Source of the DNA: Minisyncoccota bacterium
GTDB lineage: Bacteria > Patescibacteriota > Minisyncoccia > UBA6257 > 02-FULL-45-10c
Reading direction: 5' to 3'
DNA length: 64,000 bases
Assembly (NCBI GenBank): GCA_028716745.1
Contig: JAQUPE010000003.1
Span: 3,779-67,778 of the forward strand
The translations under genes were made by a program, and so were the position numbers. Below are positions 38,600 to 46,980 of this stretch, one piece after another (the first letter of the stretch is position 1; each line of letters begins with the position of its first letter). A model generated the notes under the pieces. It made no database searches. It was not told the origin of the DNA and saw only the letters and a program-made list of their open reading frames with translations.

Positions 38600-39376
38600 A
38601 TGAAAATAATAGCTGTTATCCAAGCAAAAGTAGGTTCAAAGCGTTTACCCAACAAGGCATTTGAAAAGGTTGCCGGCGTTCCGTCAATTGACCATGTCAT
38701 AGACAGAGTTTTGCGGTCAAAAGAAATTGACGGCGTGGCGATAGCCACTTCAAGCGCGGAGGGAAATGAAATTTTTGAATCCAAGGCGCAGGAAAAAAAT
38801 ATCGGATGCTTTCGCGGTTCGGAGAGCGACATTTTAGAGAGGCTCTATCTGACTGCGAAAAAATTCGGGGCCGACGTGATTTTGAGGATTACGGGCGATT
38901 CGCCTTTTGTTGATCCTCATGTAATCGATCAGCTGGTTTCCGAATACAGGAAAAGGAGCGGGGAAATAGTTTTCGCTTCCACCTGTCTTCCGATGACTTT
39001 TCCAGAGGGGCTGAGCATGGAGCTGGTGTCTTTTTCTGTTTTGGAGAAGTTAAATAAAGAGATGACTGATCCGAACGAAAGAGGAACTTTCATGCTTTAC
39101 ATCAGCAGGAATCCCGAGAAATTTCCGCGTTATGCCCTGAAGTATAAGAAAGATGCCAGCCGTATCAGGCTGACTCTGGATTATCCGGAGGATCTGATTC
39201 TGGCAAGGAGAATCTACGATTACTTCTACGGACATAACAAGAAGCATTTCGGGCTGGACGAGGTGATAAGCCTTCTGGAAAAAAATCCAGGATGGGTAGA
39301 GATTAATCAGCATCGCGCCGACAGGAGCAAGTATCCTTTCGTGTACGATAAAGAGGCGGAATTAAAAGCGCTCTAA
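38600..39376 (+). CDS. Cytidylyltransferase, SpsF/PseF-type, second copy
   Basis: Start moved to MKIIAVIQAKVGSKRLPNKAF (RBS AGGAGA upstream). Same CTP_transf_3 signature as the 35035 gene. Confidence 0.65.
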   Translation: MKIIAVIQAKVGSKRLPNKAFEKVAGVPSIDHVIDRVLRSKEIDGVAIATSSAEGNEIFESKAQEKNIGCFRGSESDILERLYLTAKKFGADVILRITGDSPFVDPHVIDQLVSEYRKRSGEIVFASTCLPMTFPEGLSMELVSFSVLEKLNKEMTDPNERGTFMLYISRNPEKFPRYALKYKKDASRIRLTLDYPEDLILARRIYDYFYGHNKKHFGLDEVISLLEKNPGWVEINQHRADRSKYPFVYDKEAELKAL

Positions 39377-39386
39377 GGAGAAAAAA

Positions 39387-39971
39387 ATGAAAGACACAAT
39401 GTTTTTAAAAGGACGATCGATTTTTCTTCGTCCGGTTGAATCAGCAGATATTCCCAAGATAGCGTCGTGGCTCAACAATCCGAAAATCACGCATTTCATG
39501 TTCTACGGCCAGCTTCCAATGAATCTGGAACAGACCGGGGAATTCGTGATGGGCCAGGTGAGGTCTCCGCATAACACGGTGTTTGTGGTTTGCGATTTGA
39601 AAAGCCGCAAGCCGATAGGTTATGCCGGGCTTTATGATATTCATCTGACGGCCCACAAAGCGGAATTTCGGGTTCTGATAGGCGAGCAGCGTTTCTGGGG
39701 CAAGGGCTGCGGTACGGAAGTGACAAAGCTTCTTACCTTCTACGGATTTGACCGGCTGAACCTGAACAAGGTTTATCTGGGAGTCGTTGCGGACAACCAG
39801 AGAGCGGTCAAGAGTTACGAAAAATCCGGATATGTCCGCGAGGGCGCGCTGAGGGAAGAAGTTTACCGCAACAGCCGCTACTACGACGTTGTGAAGATGA
39901 GTATCCTGAAGAAGGAATACTACAAAAAGATTTACAGGGAACACCTGGAAATCTTCGGCAAGGAGAACTAA
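39387..39971 (+). CDS. GNAT family N-acetyltransferase (RimL/PseH-like)
   Basis: LRPVESADIPKIASWLNNP (N-terminal GNAT) and RVLIGEQRFWGKGCGTEV (acetyl-CoA binding motif A). GC-rich segment. Confidence 0.55.
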   Translation: MKDTMFLKGRSIFLRPVESADIPKIASWLNNPKITHFMFYGQLPMNLEQTGEFVMGQVRSPHNTVFVVCDLKSRKPIGYAGLYDIHLTAHKAEFRVLIGEQRFWGKGCGTEVTKLLTFYGFDRLNLNKVYLGVVADNQRAVKSYEKSGYVREGALREEVYRNSRYYDVVKMSILKKEYYKKIYREHLEIFGKEN

Positions 39972-39998
39972 AACTTTTAAAAAGGAGAAACAACTATT

Positions 39999-41006
39999 AT
40001 GACAAAAAAGTACACAGCGGCCGTAATCGGCTGCGGAAGAATCGGAATGAAGATGGAACTGGATCCGAAAAGATCGCATCCCGCCACTCACGTCGGCGCG
40101 TGGTTGAATAACCCGCGGACGGAATTGGTGGCGCTTGCCGATCCGAATCCGGCCAGCAAAGAAGTCGCCGCGCAGGTGGCGCCCGGAGTACCGATGTATT
40201 CCAGCGCCGAAGAACTGTTCGCGGCGGTCAAGCCGGATATCGTTTCCATAGCGACCATCCTCGAAGGACATTACCCGGTGGTGATGGCGGCGGCGAAAGC
40301 CGGCGTGAAGGCGATAGTGTGCGAGAAGCCGATCGCCGAGAGCGTGGAACAAGGCCTGGAGATGATAGACGCCTGCAAGAAATCGGGATCGCTTCTGATA
40401 ATTAATCACTTCAGAAGGTTTGATCCTGTTCTTAACCAGTGGGCGCAGAAAGTCAGAGGCGGACTCATCGGGGACATCCAGCAGATAACTGGAACTTACT
40501 CGATCGGTCTTTATCACATGGGAACGCACCTTATAGATTTTATAAGGATGTTCGCCGGCGATATCGACTGGGTCATGGGCAAACAGAATACGCGGGCGCA
40601 TACCGCTATTCCCGGCGACACATGCGTGGACGCCATTATGGGAATGAGAAGCGGCGCGCGCGCGGCCATTCAATCGCTCAACGTCAAAGACTACAGCAAC
40701 TTCGAGGTGAGATTTCTGGGAACGAAAGGATCGGTGTGCGTTCGCGACATGGGCCGGGGAATAGAGTATATTCCGGTCCAGGAGTCAAAGCAGTACGGCG
40801 GTTTCTGCGAACTGCATCCCGACAAGCTCGAGTACCACGAGAATCCCTACTTCGCCAAGATGACCTCAATGACAGACTACGTTGTGGCCTGTCTGGACGG
40901 GACTGTTGAAAACGGCAGTAAGGGAGAGGACGGTCTCGCTGTCCTGCGAGTTCTCATGGCTTTGAAAATGAGCGGAGAGGCGGATGGAAGCACAGTCGTT
41001 GTGTAA
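39999..41006 (+). CDS. Gfo/Idh/MocA family NAD(P)-dependent oxidoreductase (GC-rich copy)
   Basis: AAVIGCGRIGMK Rossmann motif, EKP catalytic motif (IVCEKPIAES) and a C-terminal alpha/beta domain. Roughly 58-60% GC versus ~35% flanks. Confidence 0.75.
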   Translation: MTKKYTAAVIGCGRIGMKMELDPKRSHPATHVGAWLNNPRTELVALADPNPASKEVAAQVAPGVPMYSSAEELFAAVKPDIVSIATILEGHYPVVMAAAKAGVKAIVCEKPIAESVEQGLEMIDACKKSGSLLIINHFRRFDPVLNQWAQKVRGGLIGDIQQITGTYSIGLYHMGTHLIDFIRMFAGDIDWVMGKQNTRAHTAIPGDTCVDAIMGMRSGARAAIQSLNVKDYSNFEVRFLGTKGSVCVRDMGRGIEYIPVQESKQYGGFCELHPDKLEYHENPYFAKMTSMTDYVVACLDGTVENGSKGEDGLAVLRVLMALKMSGEADGSTVVV

Positions 41007-41033
41007 AAACAAAAGCAAGAAAACATATGAGAA

Positions 41034-41063
41034 ACCCCCGGCACGTCCGGGGTGTTTTATTTT
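41034..41063 (+). terminator. Rho-independent terminator (CCCCGG-CACGT-CCGGGG + T-run) between the two oxidoreductase paralogs
   Basis: 6-bp GC stem, 5-nt loop and TGTTTTATTTT tail, directly downstream of the stop at 41006. Confidence 0.55.
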
Positions 41064-41073
41064 AATAAGACTT

Positions 41074-42084
41074 ATGGAAAAGAAAATTTATAAGGCGGCC
41101 GTAATTGGCTGCGGAAGAATCGGGGTTTTGCAGGAAAAAGACTGGGATATAAAACCGGCCACTCACGCTTTCGCGTTTTTAAAAAATCCGCGGACCAAGC
41201 TCGTGGCTGTTGCCGATTCAAATATTGAGAATTTAAATAAAGCGAAAAAGATGCTTCCGAAAGGCGTGAAGTTTTTTTCCGACGCGGAAAAACTTTTGCG
41301 CGAAATAAATCCGGATATTGTTTCGGTAGCGGTTCCCCGTGGCGGACATTGCGCATTGGTTGAACTTTTAACAAAATATAAAGCCCCGGCGATTATTTGC
41401 GAAAAGCCGATGGCTGATACAATTGAACAGGCGAAAAAAATGATAGCGGATTGCAAAAAATCAAAGTCATTGCTTTTGATAAATCATCAAAGAAGATTTG
41501 ACCCGGCTCTTAGTGAAATCAGAGACGAAATTAAAAAAGGAACTTTTGGAAAAATTCAGAAAGCCAGATGCCTTTATGTAAATGGGATGTGCAATACAGG
41601 AAGTCATGTAATCGATTATTTAAGATTTTGTTTGGGAGATATTAAATCGGTAAGCGCTGTTAAAAATATGCAGGCGGAAACTTATGATAAAAAAGATTAT
41701 TGCGTTGATGCGTCTTTTAAATTTAAAAATGGTACAGATGTAGTTTGGCAGTCGCTTGATAGAAGAGCGTATTGCATTTGGGAAGCGGAATTTTATGGAA
41801 CTAAAAAAGCGGTGAAAATTAGAGACTTGGGGCAGACGGTTGAAATAGTCGGTCTTAGGCCGAGCCGCCGCTATGTCGGATTTAAAGAGCTTGATCATGA
41901 AAAGCCGGAAAAATTGGGAAATCAAAACAGAAGTTTTTTTAAGGCGATGGCGCAGCACGTTGTTGATTGCTTGGATAAAAAAATAAAACCGGCGAGCACC
42001 GGAGAAGATGGATTAGCGGCTTTAAAAGTTTTGGCGGCGATTAAAAAAAGCGCGGAAAATAAAGGAAAAAGGGTTGACATTTAG
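41074..42084 (+). CDS. Gfo/Idh/MocA family oxidoreductase (AT-rich paralog of the preceding gene)
   Basis: Start moved to MEKKIYKAAVIGCGRIG. ICEKPMADT motif. Collinear ~40% aa identity with the 39999 gene but native AT-rich codon usage. Confidence 0.75.
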   Translation: MEKKIYKAAVIGCGRIGVLQEKDWDIKPATHAFAFLKNPRTKLVAVADSNIENLNKAKKMLPKGVKFFSDAEKLLREINPDIVSVAVPRGGHCALVELLTKYKAPAIICEKPMADTIEQAKKMIADCKKSKSLLLINHQRRFDPALSEIRDEIKKGTFGKIQKARCLYVNGMCNTGSHVIDYLRFCLGDIKSVSAVKNMQAETYDKKDYCVDASFKFKNGTDVVWQSLDRRAYCIWEAEFYGTKKAVKIRDLGQTVEIVGLRPSRRYVGFKELDHEKPEKLGNQNRSFFKAMAQHVVDCLDKKIKPASTGEDGLAALKVLAAIKKSAENKGKRVDI

Positions 42085-42161
42085 GGCTAAATTATCTATT
42101 TTAAACGAATCAGCAGTTTAACAACAAAAAACTACTTATTCTAATACAGGAGGAATTCCAA

Positions 42162-43649
42162 ATGTCTGATTTCAAAGTTCTGCTGCTTAGCATGAACATC
42201 AGGGCTGAAAGCATGATTTCGCCGGCAATCGGCCTTTTCTCCGCTCTTCTCAAAAGAGAGGGATTCAAGGTCGAAATGTTTGACACGACGCTTTACGATA
42301 TGGCGTCGCGGTATGCGGATCTGGACGAAGCCAAGAGGACGAATCTTATCGTGAGGCCGGGAAAGGCGGATGTCCGTCTGAAAATGACGGATCCTTACGA
42401 GGACTTCAGAAAGAAAACCGAAGAGTTCAAGCCGGACATCATTTGCGTTTCGGCAGTCGAGAGTCTGTTTTTTGTGACGATCGATTTTCTGAGGCGCGTG
42501 GACGACCTGAACATTCCGGTAATCGTCGGAGGGATTTTTACAACCTTCGCTCCGGAAATCGCCCTGAAGTTCAAAGAGGTGGATATGATTTGCCGGGGAG
42601 AAGGCGAGACGGCTATCGTCGAGCTGTGCAGAAGGATGAGACAGGGAAAAGATTGCTCCGATATTCCGAATTTGTGGATTAAAAACAAAAACGGAAATAT
42701 TTCGGAGAACCCGATTTCTTCGCCGGTCAACATGGATGAAAATCCTCTGATAGACCTGGGTATTTTTGAAGAAGCCAGGTTTCTCAAGGTGATGACCGGA
42801 AAAGTTTTCCGGATGATTCCGGTAGAGACCGATCGCGGATGTCCCTATGTCTGCACTTTCTGCAATTCTCACGCCTGGGATTTGTTTTATAAATCTCAGA
42901 CCGGAAAAAGATTTCACAGAAAAAAATCTTTGGCGGCCGTGGAAAGGGAGCTGCAGTATTATTACGACCAGAAGAAGTTCGACTTTTTCGGCTTCTGGGC
43001 GGATACCTTTATCAACTGCACCGACAAGGAGTTTGACGCTTTTTGCGAGATGTATAAAAAGTTCAGATTTCCTTTCTGGTGCCAGACGCGCGCGGAGACG
43101 CTTTCGTGGGATCGGGTAAAGAAACTGAAAGATCTCGGCTTGTACAGGATAGATATCGGGCTGGAACACGGGAATGAAAAATTCAGGAGGGAAAGGCTTC
43201 ACCGTCATTGTTCAAACGATGACATGGTGGAAAAGCTGAAGATCCTGAATGAATATGATATTCCGTATACGGTGAACAACATCATCGGTTTTCCCGACGA
43301 AACCAGGGATCTGATAATGGACACCGTTGAACTGAACCGCCTGATAAAATCCGATTCTGTAAGATGTTCGGTGCTCATGCCTCATCACGGAACAGAGCTG
43401 AGAAGGTACGCGGTGGAAAAGGGATATCTCAGGGCCGACAGTGTTTGTTCGATTGATACGAACGAGCCGGTCCTAAATATGCCTCAGATTTCCAGAAGCG
43501 AACTTAAGGGTTTGTTAAAAACTTTCGCGATGTACGTGAAGTTCCCGAAAGATCGCTGGCCGGAAATCGCAGCTGCCGAAAAGCCCACTCCCGAAGGAGA
43601 AAAGATTCACGAGAAGCTCCGGGAAGAATACGTAAGCAACTTTTTTTGA
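42162..43649 (+). CDS. B12-binding domain radical SAM protein (class B), paralog 4 (GC-richer)
   Basis: DRGCPYVCTFCNSH CxxxCxxC motif and an N-terminal B12-binding-like domain. Strong SD AGGAGGAATTCCAA upstream. Confidence 0.75.
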   Translation: MSDFKVLLLSMNIRAESMISPAIGLFSALLKREGFKVEMFDTTLYDMASRYADLDEAKRTNLIVRPGKADVRLKMTDPYEDFRKKTEEFKPDIICVSAVESLFFVTIDFLRRVDDLNIPVIVGGIFTTFAPEIALKFKEVDMICRGEGETAIVELCRRMRQGKDCSDIPNLWIKNKNGNISENPISSPVNMDENPLIDLGIFEEARFLKVMTGKVFRMIPVETDRGCPYVCTFCNSHAWDLFYKSQTGKRFHRKKSLAAVERELQYYYDQKKFDFFGFWADTFINCTDKEFDAFCEMYKKFRFPFWCQTRAETLSWDRVKKLKDLGLYRIDIGLEHGNEKFRRERLHRHCSNDDMVEKLKILNEYDIPYTVNNIIGFPDETRDLIMDTVELNRLIKSDSVRCSVLMPHHGTELRRYAVEKGYLRADSVCSIDTNEPVLNMPQISRSELKGLLKTFAMYVKFPKDRWPEIAAAEKPTPEGEKIHEKLREEYVSNFF

Positions 43650-43657
43650 CACGAAGT

Positions 43658-43684
43658 GCCGCCCCTCAAAAGGCGGCTTTTTTG
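43658..43684 (+). terminator. Rho-independent terminator (GCCGCC...GGCGGC + TTTTTT)
   Basis: Lies between the radical SAM stop (43649) and the asparagine-synthetase-like start (43734). It argues against the ORF-track start at 43656. Confidence 0.5.
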
Positions 43685-43733
43685 CCTTAATTTTTATAAA
43701 ACAAAGAGCCTATTTTTGGGGTTTTATTACTAT

Positions 43734-46700
43734 ATGTGCGGGATAGCCGGAATAATGGATTTTAAGAGCCAGAAGGTTGATGGGGAAATAATCAGGAAAA
43801 TGACCGAAAGCATGGCTCATAGAGGCCCTAATGGAGAGGGCGTTTTTTTATCTGGGAATATTGGGCTTGGACATCGTCGGCTTAGCATTTTGGATTTGAG
43901 CAATGCGGGCAGTCAGCCGATGACAGTTGGCGACGTAACGATTACCCATAACGGAGAAGTTTATAATTATTTGGAAATTAAAAAAGAATTGGATGGAGAA
44001 AAATATAAAAGCGGTACGGATACGGAAGTAATTATTCGCGCTTATGAAAAGTGGGGAGAAAAGTGCGTGGAAAAATTTAACGGAATTTTTGCCTTTGCGA
44101 TTTGGGATGAAAAGAAAAAACAATTATTTGCGGTTCGGGACCGTTTTGGCGTCAAACCATTTTATTACTCTATTTACAAAAACAAATTTTATTTTGCCTC
44201 CGAGATAAAAGCGATTTTGGCAGCGGGTGTTCCGGCAAAGCCGAACGATAAAATTATCCATCAATATTTGACGACAGGATTTTATGATCATAGCGAAGAA
44301 ACTTTTTTTGAGGGCATCAAGCAATTAATGCCGGGGCATGCAATTTTTGCCAAAGACGGAAAAATTAAAATTTGGCGCTATTGGTATTTGCCGGAAAAGA
44401 TTCAAAATCTGAAAGGAATTAAAGATGAAGAATGTGTAGAAAAGTTTTTAAGCTTATTGGAAGATTCTTCCAAGCTTCAGCTTCGCAGCGACGTGCCGGT
44501 AGGAATAAGCGTGAGCGGAGGATTAGACTCCTCGCTTCTTACGGCGGCAGTTGATAAGGCAGCCGGCGGTCAGAGCAATTTTCAATTGTTTCATTTCGTT
44601 TATCAGGGAAAAAATTATGATTTAGAAACTCCTTTTGTTAATTTATTGGCTAAAAGATTGGGATGGGACAAGCCGAATATAGTTGAAGTTAATCCTGCGG
44701 ATGTTGAAAACATGGCTTCTAAAATAATGTGGCATGAAGAACAGCCATTTCCCGGTCTTCCTACTTCGGGCTGGCATAAGCTTTATCGGAACATAGGGGA
44801 TACAAAAACAGTAGTGACTTTGGAGGGGCATGGAGGCGATGAAATGGCGGCCGGTTATGACTATTATGTGGGCAGTTTTCTTTTGGATGTTTTAAATGAG
44901 CGAGGCGCAGAAGCTATGCTGAGGGAATGCGAGGCTATAGCTGAAATTAGAGGCTTAAAATGGGGTCAAGAACTGGATTCATTCATTGAAAATGGATTGA
45001 TGGCATATGCTGGCGGAGGAATTTCTGCTGATTCTTCCAAGTTTATTAACACGGATTGTTTAAATAATAAATTTGTGAAAAACGATTTTCCGAAGCCGAA
45101 ATTTGAAGAACCATTCGATTCTTATTTATTAAACATACAGTTTAGAGAATTGATGCATACTAAGCTGCCGAGAGTGCTGAGAAGCGTTGACCGCGAGTCT
45201 ATGGCGTTTAGCCGAGAACTTCGCGTTCCGTTTTTAGACCATCGTTTAGTGGAATTTTCTTTTTCTTTGCCATTGGAGCAAAAAATACACGGCGGGCACT
45301 TAAGGTATTTTATGAGAAATGCAGCTGCAAAATTTCTTCCAAAAGAAATTAGCCACATGCCAAAGCGTTCTTTGCCTAATCCGCAAAGACAGTGGTTCCA
45401 GAACGAATTAAAGCCGTGGATTTTTGGAATATTATCATCGGAATCTTTTAGAAAAAGGAAATATTTCAATCAGGAAGCGGTTTTAAAAGAATACGAAAAT
45501 TATTGCCGGCAGCCGAATCCGATAAATTCTTTTCATATTTGGCAATGGGTCAATTTAGAATTATGGCTGAGAACCTTCATTGATTCCGATATGAGCGCCA
45601 ATGACGGCGCAAAAACTATTTTTTTTGTTATTGCGACTATGGCGCGCGTCAATTTTATCCTTCGCACGGATATATTTAAAATTTTAAAAGAAAAAGGTTA
45701 TCGCTTAATTGTAATATCTCCTTTCTATAAAGAGGATTGGTTTATAAAAGAATTCGGCGGTCCAAATGTGATTTTTGAAAAACTTGTCAGAAGGGGGCGA
45801 TTGGCGAAAATTTGGGAAAATTTCAGAAATAAAGTTTTATTGATTAATAACCCGAGACTCGAACGTTGCAAGGAAATTCATTCTTGCGCCAGGAAATTTT
45901 ACCGCAAAAAGGGAATTTTGAGCGGTCTCTGGAGGGAGTCAAAGAATATTTTTTATAGTTTTATTTTAGCGATAATTCCCAGAAAATTGCGCGGCTCAGT
46001 TGTTTTTTGGGCAAAAGTTGGTTTTTATTTTTTGACCAAAAAAGATCATAGAGATTTGTTCAAAAAATATAAGCCGGCAGTGGTTGTTATGGCAAGTGCC
46101 GGAGCAGAGGGGGAAAACATACCGTTTTTGGTTAGTTGCATAAAATTCAATGTTTTGTCCTTTGCCGTTGATAATAATATAGATGTCTTTCAGTTCAGGT
46201 ATTTCAGCAGGCCTAGAAAAGTTACTAAATGGGCTCTTTTTAGCGAAATTCAGAAAAAAGAAGCTATGGAAATGCAGTTGGTTCCGGAATCCGAGCTGGC
46301 GGTTACGGGTCCTGCCAGGTATGACCATTACTTCAAGGGATTCAAGCCCATGCCCCGTGAAGAATTTTTCAAAAAGATAGGCGCAGATCCGAAGAAAAAG
46401 CTGATTACTTTTGGAGCAAAAACGCCAATGATTTATCCGCATAACGGGGATATTATAGATATAATTTACGAAGCCATAAGCAAGAATCATTTTTCTAAGC
46501 CAGCTCAGCTATTCATTCGTTTTGATCCCGGCCATAATCCGGCGCAATATAAGGATTTGTCAAAGAAGGCTATTTTCGAAAGAGCTGAAGATTTTTCGCA
46601 TCGTGATCATATCGCAAATCTTTTGTATTATAGCGATGTTGTTATAAGTATGGGATCGACTTTTTGCATAGAGGCTTGCATGGCTGGAACCCCGGCTTTA

Positions 46701-46979
46701 TGGGTAGGCTTTGATGGTTATAAAAAATATCCGAATATAAAAGATTCTTACAGGTATGTGTATGAGCTGGATTTATTTAAGAGGCTTTTGTCCAGCGGAG
46801 GAATACCGCTGGTTGAATCGCCGGAGATGCTGGTTGGGCAGATAGAAAAATATTTGAAAAATCGAGATTTGGATAAAGATAAAAGGCAAAAGTTAATGGA
46901 CCAGGAATATTTTGGGCTGGATGGCCATGCGGGAGAGAGGATAGCTGATTTGATAATTGATTTGGTTGAAAATAATTAA
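43734..46979 (+). CDS. Fusion protein: N-terminal AsnB-type glutamine amidotransferase (asparagine synthetase family, PseA/WbpS-like) plus C-terminal ~450-aa GT-B-like domain
   Basis: Starts MCGIAGI (Ntn-hydrolase Cys1). The SVSGGLDSS PP-loop lies at about aa 290. From about aa 640 (MARVNFILRTD...) the sequence matches the downstream paralog, which has GSTFxIEAxxxGTPAxWV GT-B C-domain-like motifs. Confidence 0.7.
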   Translation: MCGIAGIMDFKSQKVDGEIIRKMTESMAHRGPNGEGVFLSGNIGLGHRRLSILDLSNAGSQPMTVGDVTITHNGEVYNYLEIKKELDGEKYKSGTDTEVIIRAYEKWGEKCVEKFNGIFAFAIWDEKKKQLFAVRDRFGVKPFYYSIYKNKFYFASEIKAILAAGVPAKPNDKIIHQYLTTGFYDHSEETFFEGIKQLMPGHAIFAKDGKIKIWRYWYLPEKIQNLKGIKDEECVEKFLSLLEDSSKLQLRSDVPVGISVSGGLDSSLLTAAVDKAAGGQSNFQLFHFVYQGKNYDLETPFVNLLAKRLGWDKPNIVEVNPADVENMASKIMWHEEQPFPGLPTSGWHKLYRNIGDTKTVVTLEGHGGDEMAAGYDYYVGSFLLDVLNERGAEAMLRECEAIAEIRGLKWGQELDSFIENGLMAYAGGGISADSSKFINTDCLNNKFVKNDFPKPKFEEPFDSYLLNIQFRELMHTKLPRVLRSVDRESMAFSRELRVPFLDHRLVEFSFSLPLEQKIHGGHLRYFMRNAAAKFLPKEISHMPKRSLPNPQRQWFQNELKPWIFGILSSESFRKRKYFNQEAVLKEYENYCRQPNPINSFHIWQWVNLELWLRTFIDSDMSANDGAKTIFFVIATMARVNFILRTDIFKILKEKGYRLIVISPFYKEDWFIKEFGGPNVIFEKLVRRGRLAKIWENFRNKVLLINNPRLERCKEIHSCARKFYRKKGILSGLWRESKNIFYSFILAIIPRKLRGSVVFWAKVGFYFLTKKDHRDLFKKYKPAVVVMASAGAEGENIPFLVSCIKFNVLSFAVDNNIDVFQFRYFSRPRKVTKWALFSEIQKKEAMEMQLVPESELAVTGPARYDHYFKGFKPMPREEFFKKIGADPKKKLITFGAKTPMIYPHNGDIIDIIYEAISKNHFSKPAQLFIRFDPGHNPAQYKDLSKKAIFERAEDFSHRDHIANLLYYSDVVISMGSTFCIEACMAGTPALWVGFDGYKKYPNIKDSYRYVYELDLFKRLLSSGGIPLVESPEMLVGQIEKYLKNRDLDKDKRQKLMDQEYFGLDGHAGERIADLIIDLVENN
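45651..45762 (+). repeat. 112-nt tract 100% identical to 47023..47134 (direct repeat between tandem paralogs)
   Basis: Exact nucleotide identity encoding NFILRTDIFKILKEKGYRLIVISPFYKEDWFIKEFGG. Flanking sequence is diverged even at the protein level. Confidence 0.8.
46335..46405 (+). repeat. 71-nt tract 100% identical to 47709..47779
   Basis: Exact identity encoding KGFKPMPREEFFKKIGADPKKKL in both paralogs. Confidence 0.8.
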
Positions 46980-46980
46980 T

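Noticed and set aside
39441-40673. 410-aa ORF on the minus strand (plus nested 76-aa and 61-aa ORFs)
   Set aside because: It lies antisense to the GNAT and Gfo/Idh/MocA genes inside the GC-rich patch. Arg/Ala/Pro-rich, low-complexity translation with no motifs is the typical stop-codon-depletion artefact of high GC. The + strand genes have clear motifs and Shine-Dalgarno sequences.
42141-43208. 355-aa minus-strand ORF and overlapping 130/79/90-aa ORFs
   Set aside because: Antisense to the fourth B12-radical SAM gene in a GC-richer segment. No start context and no motifs. The + strand gene carries the CxxxCxxC cluster.
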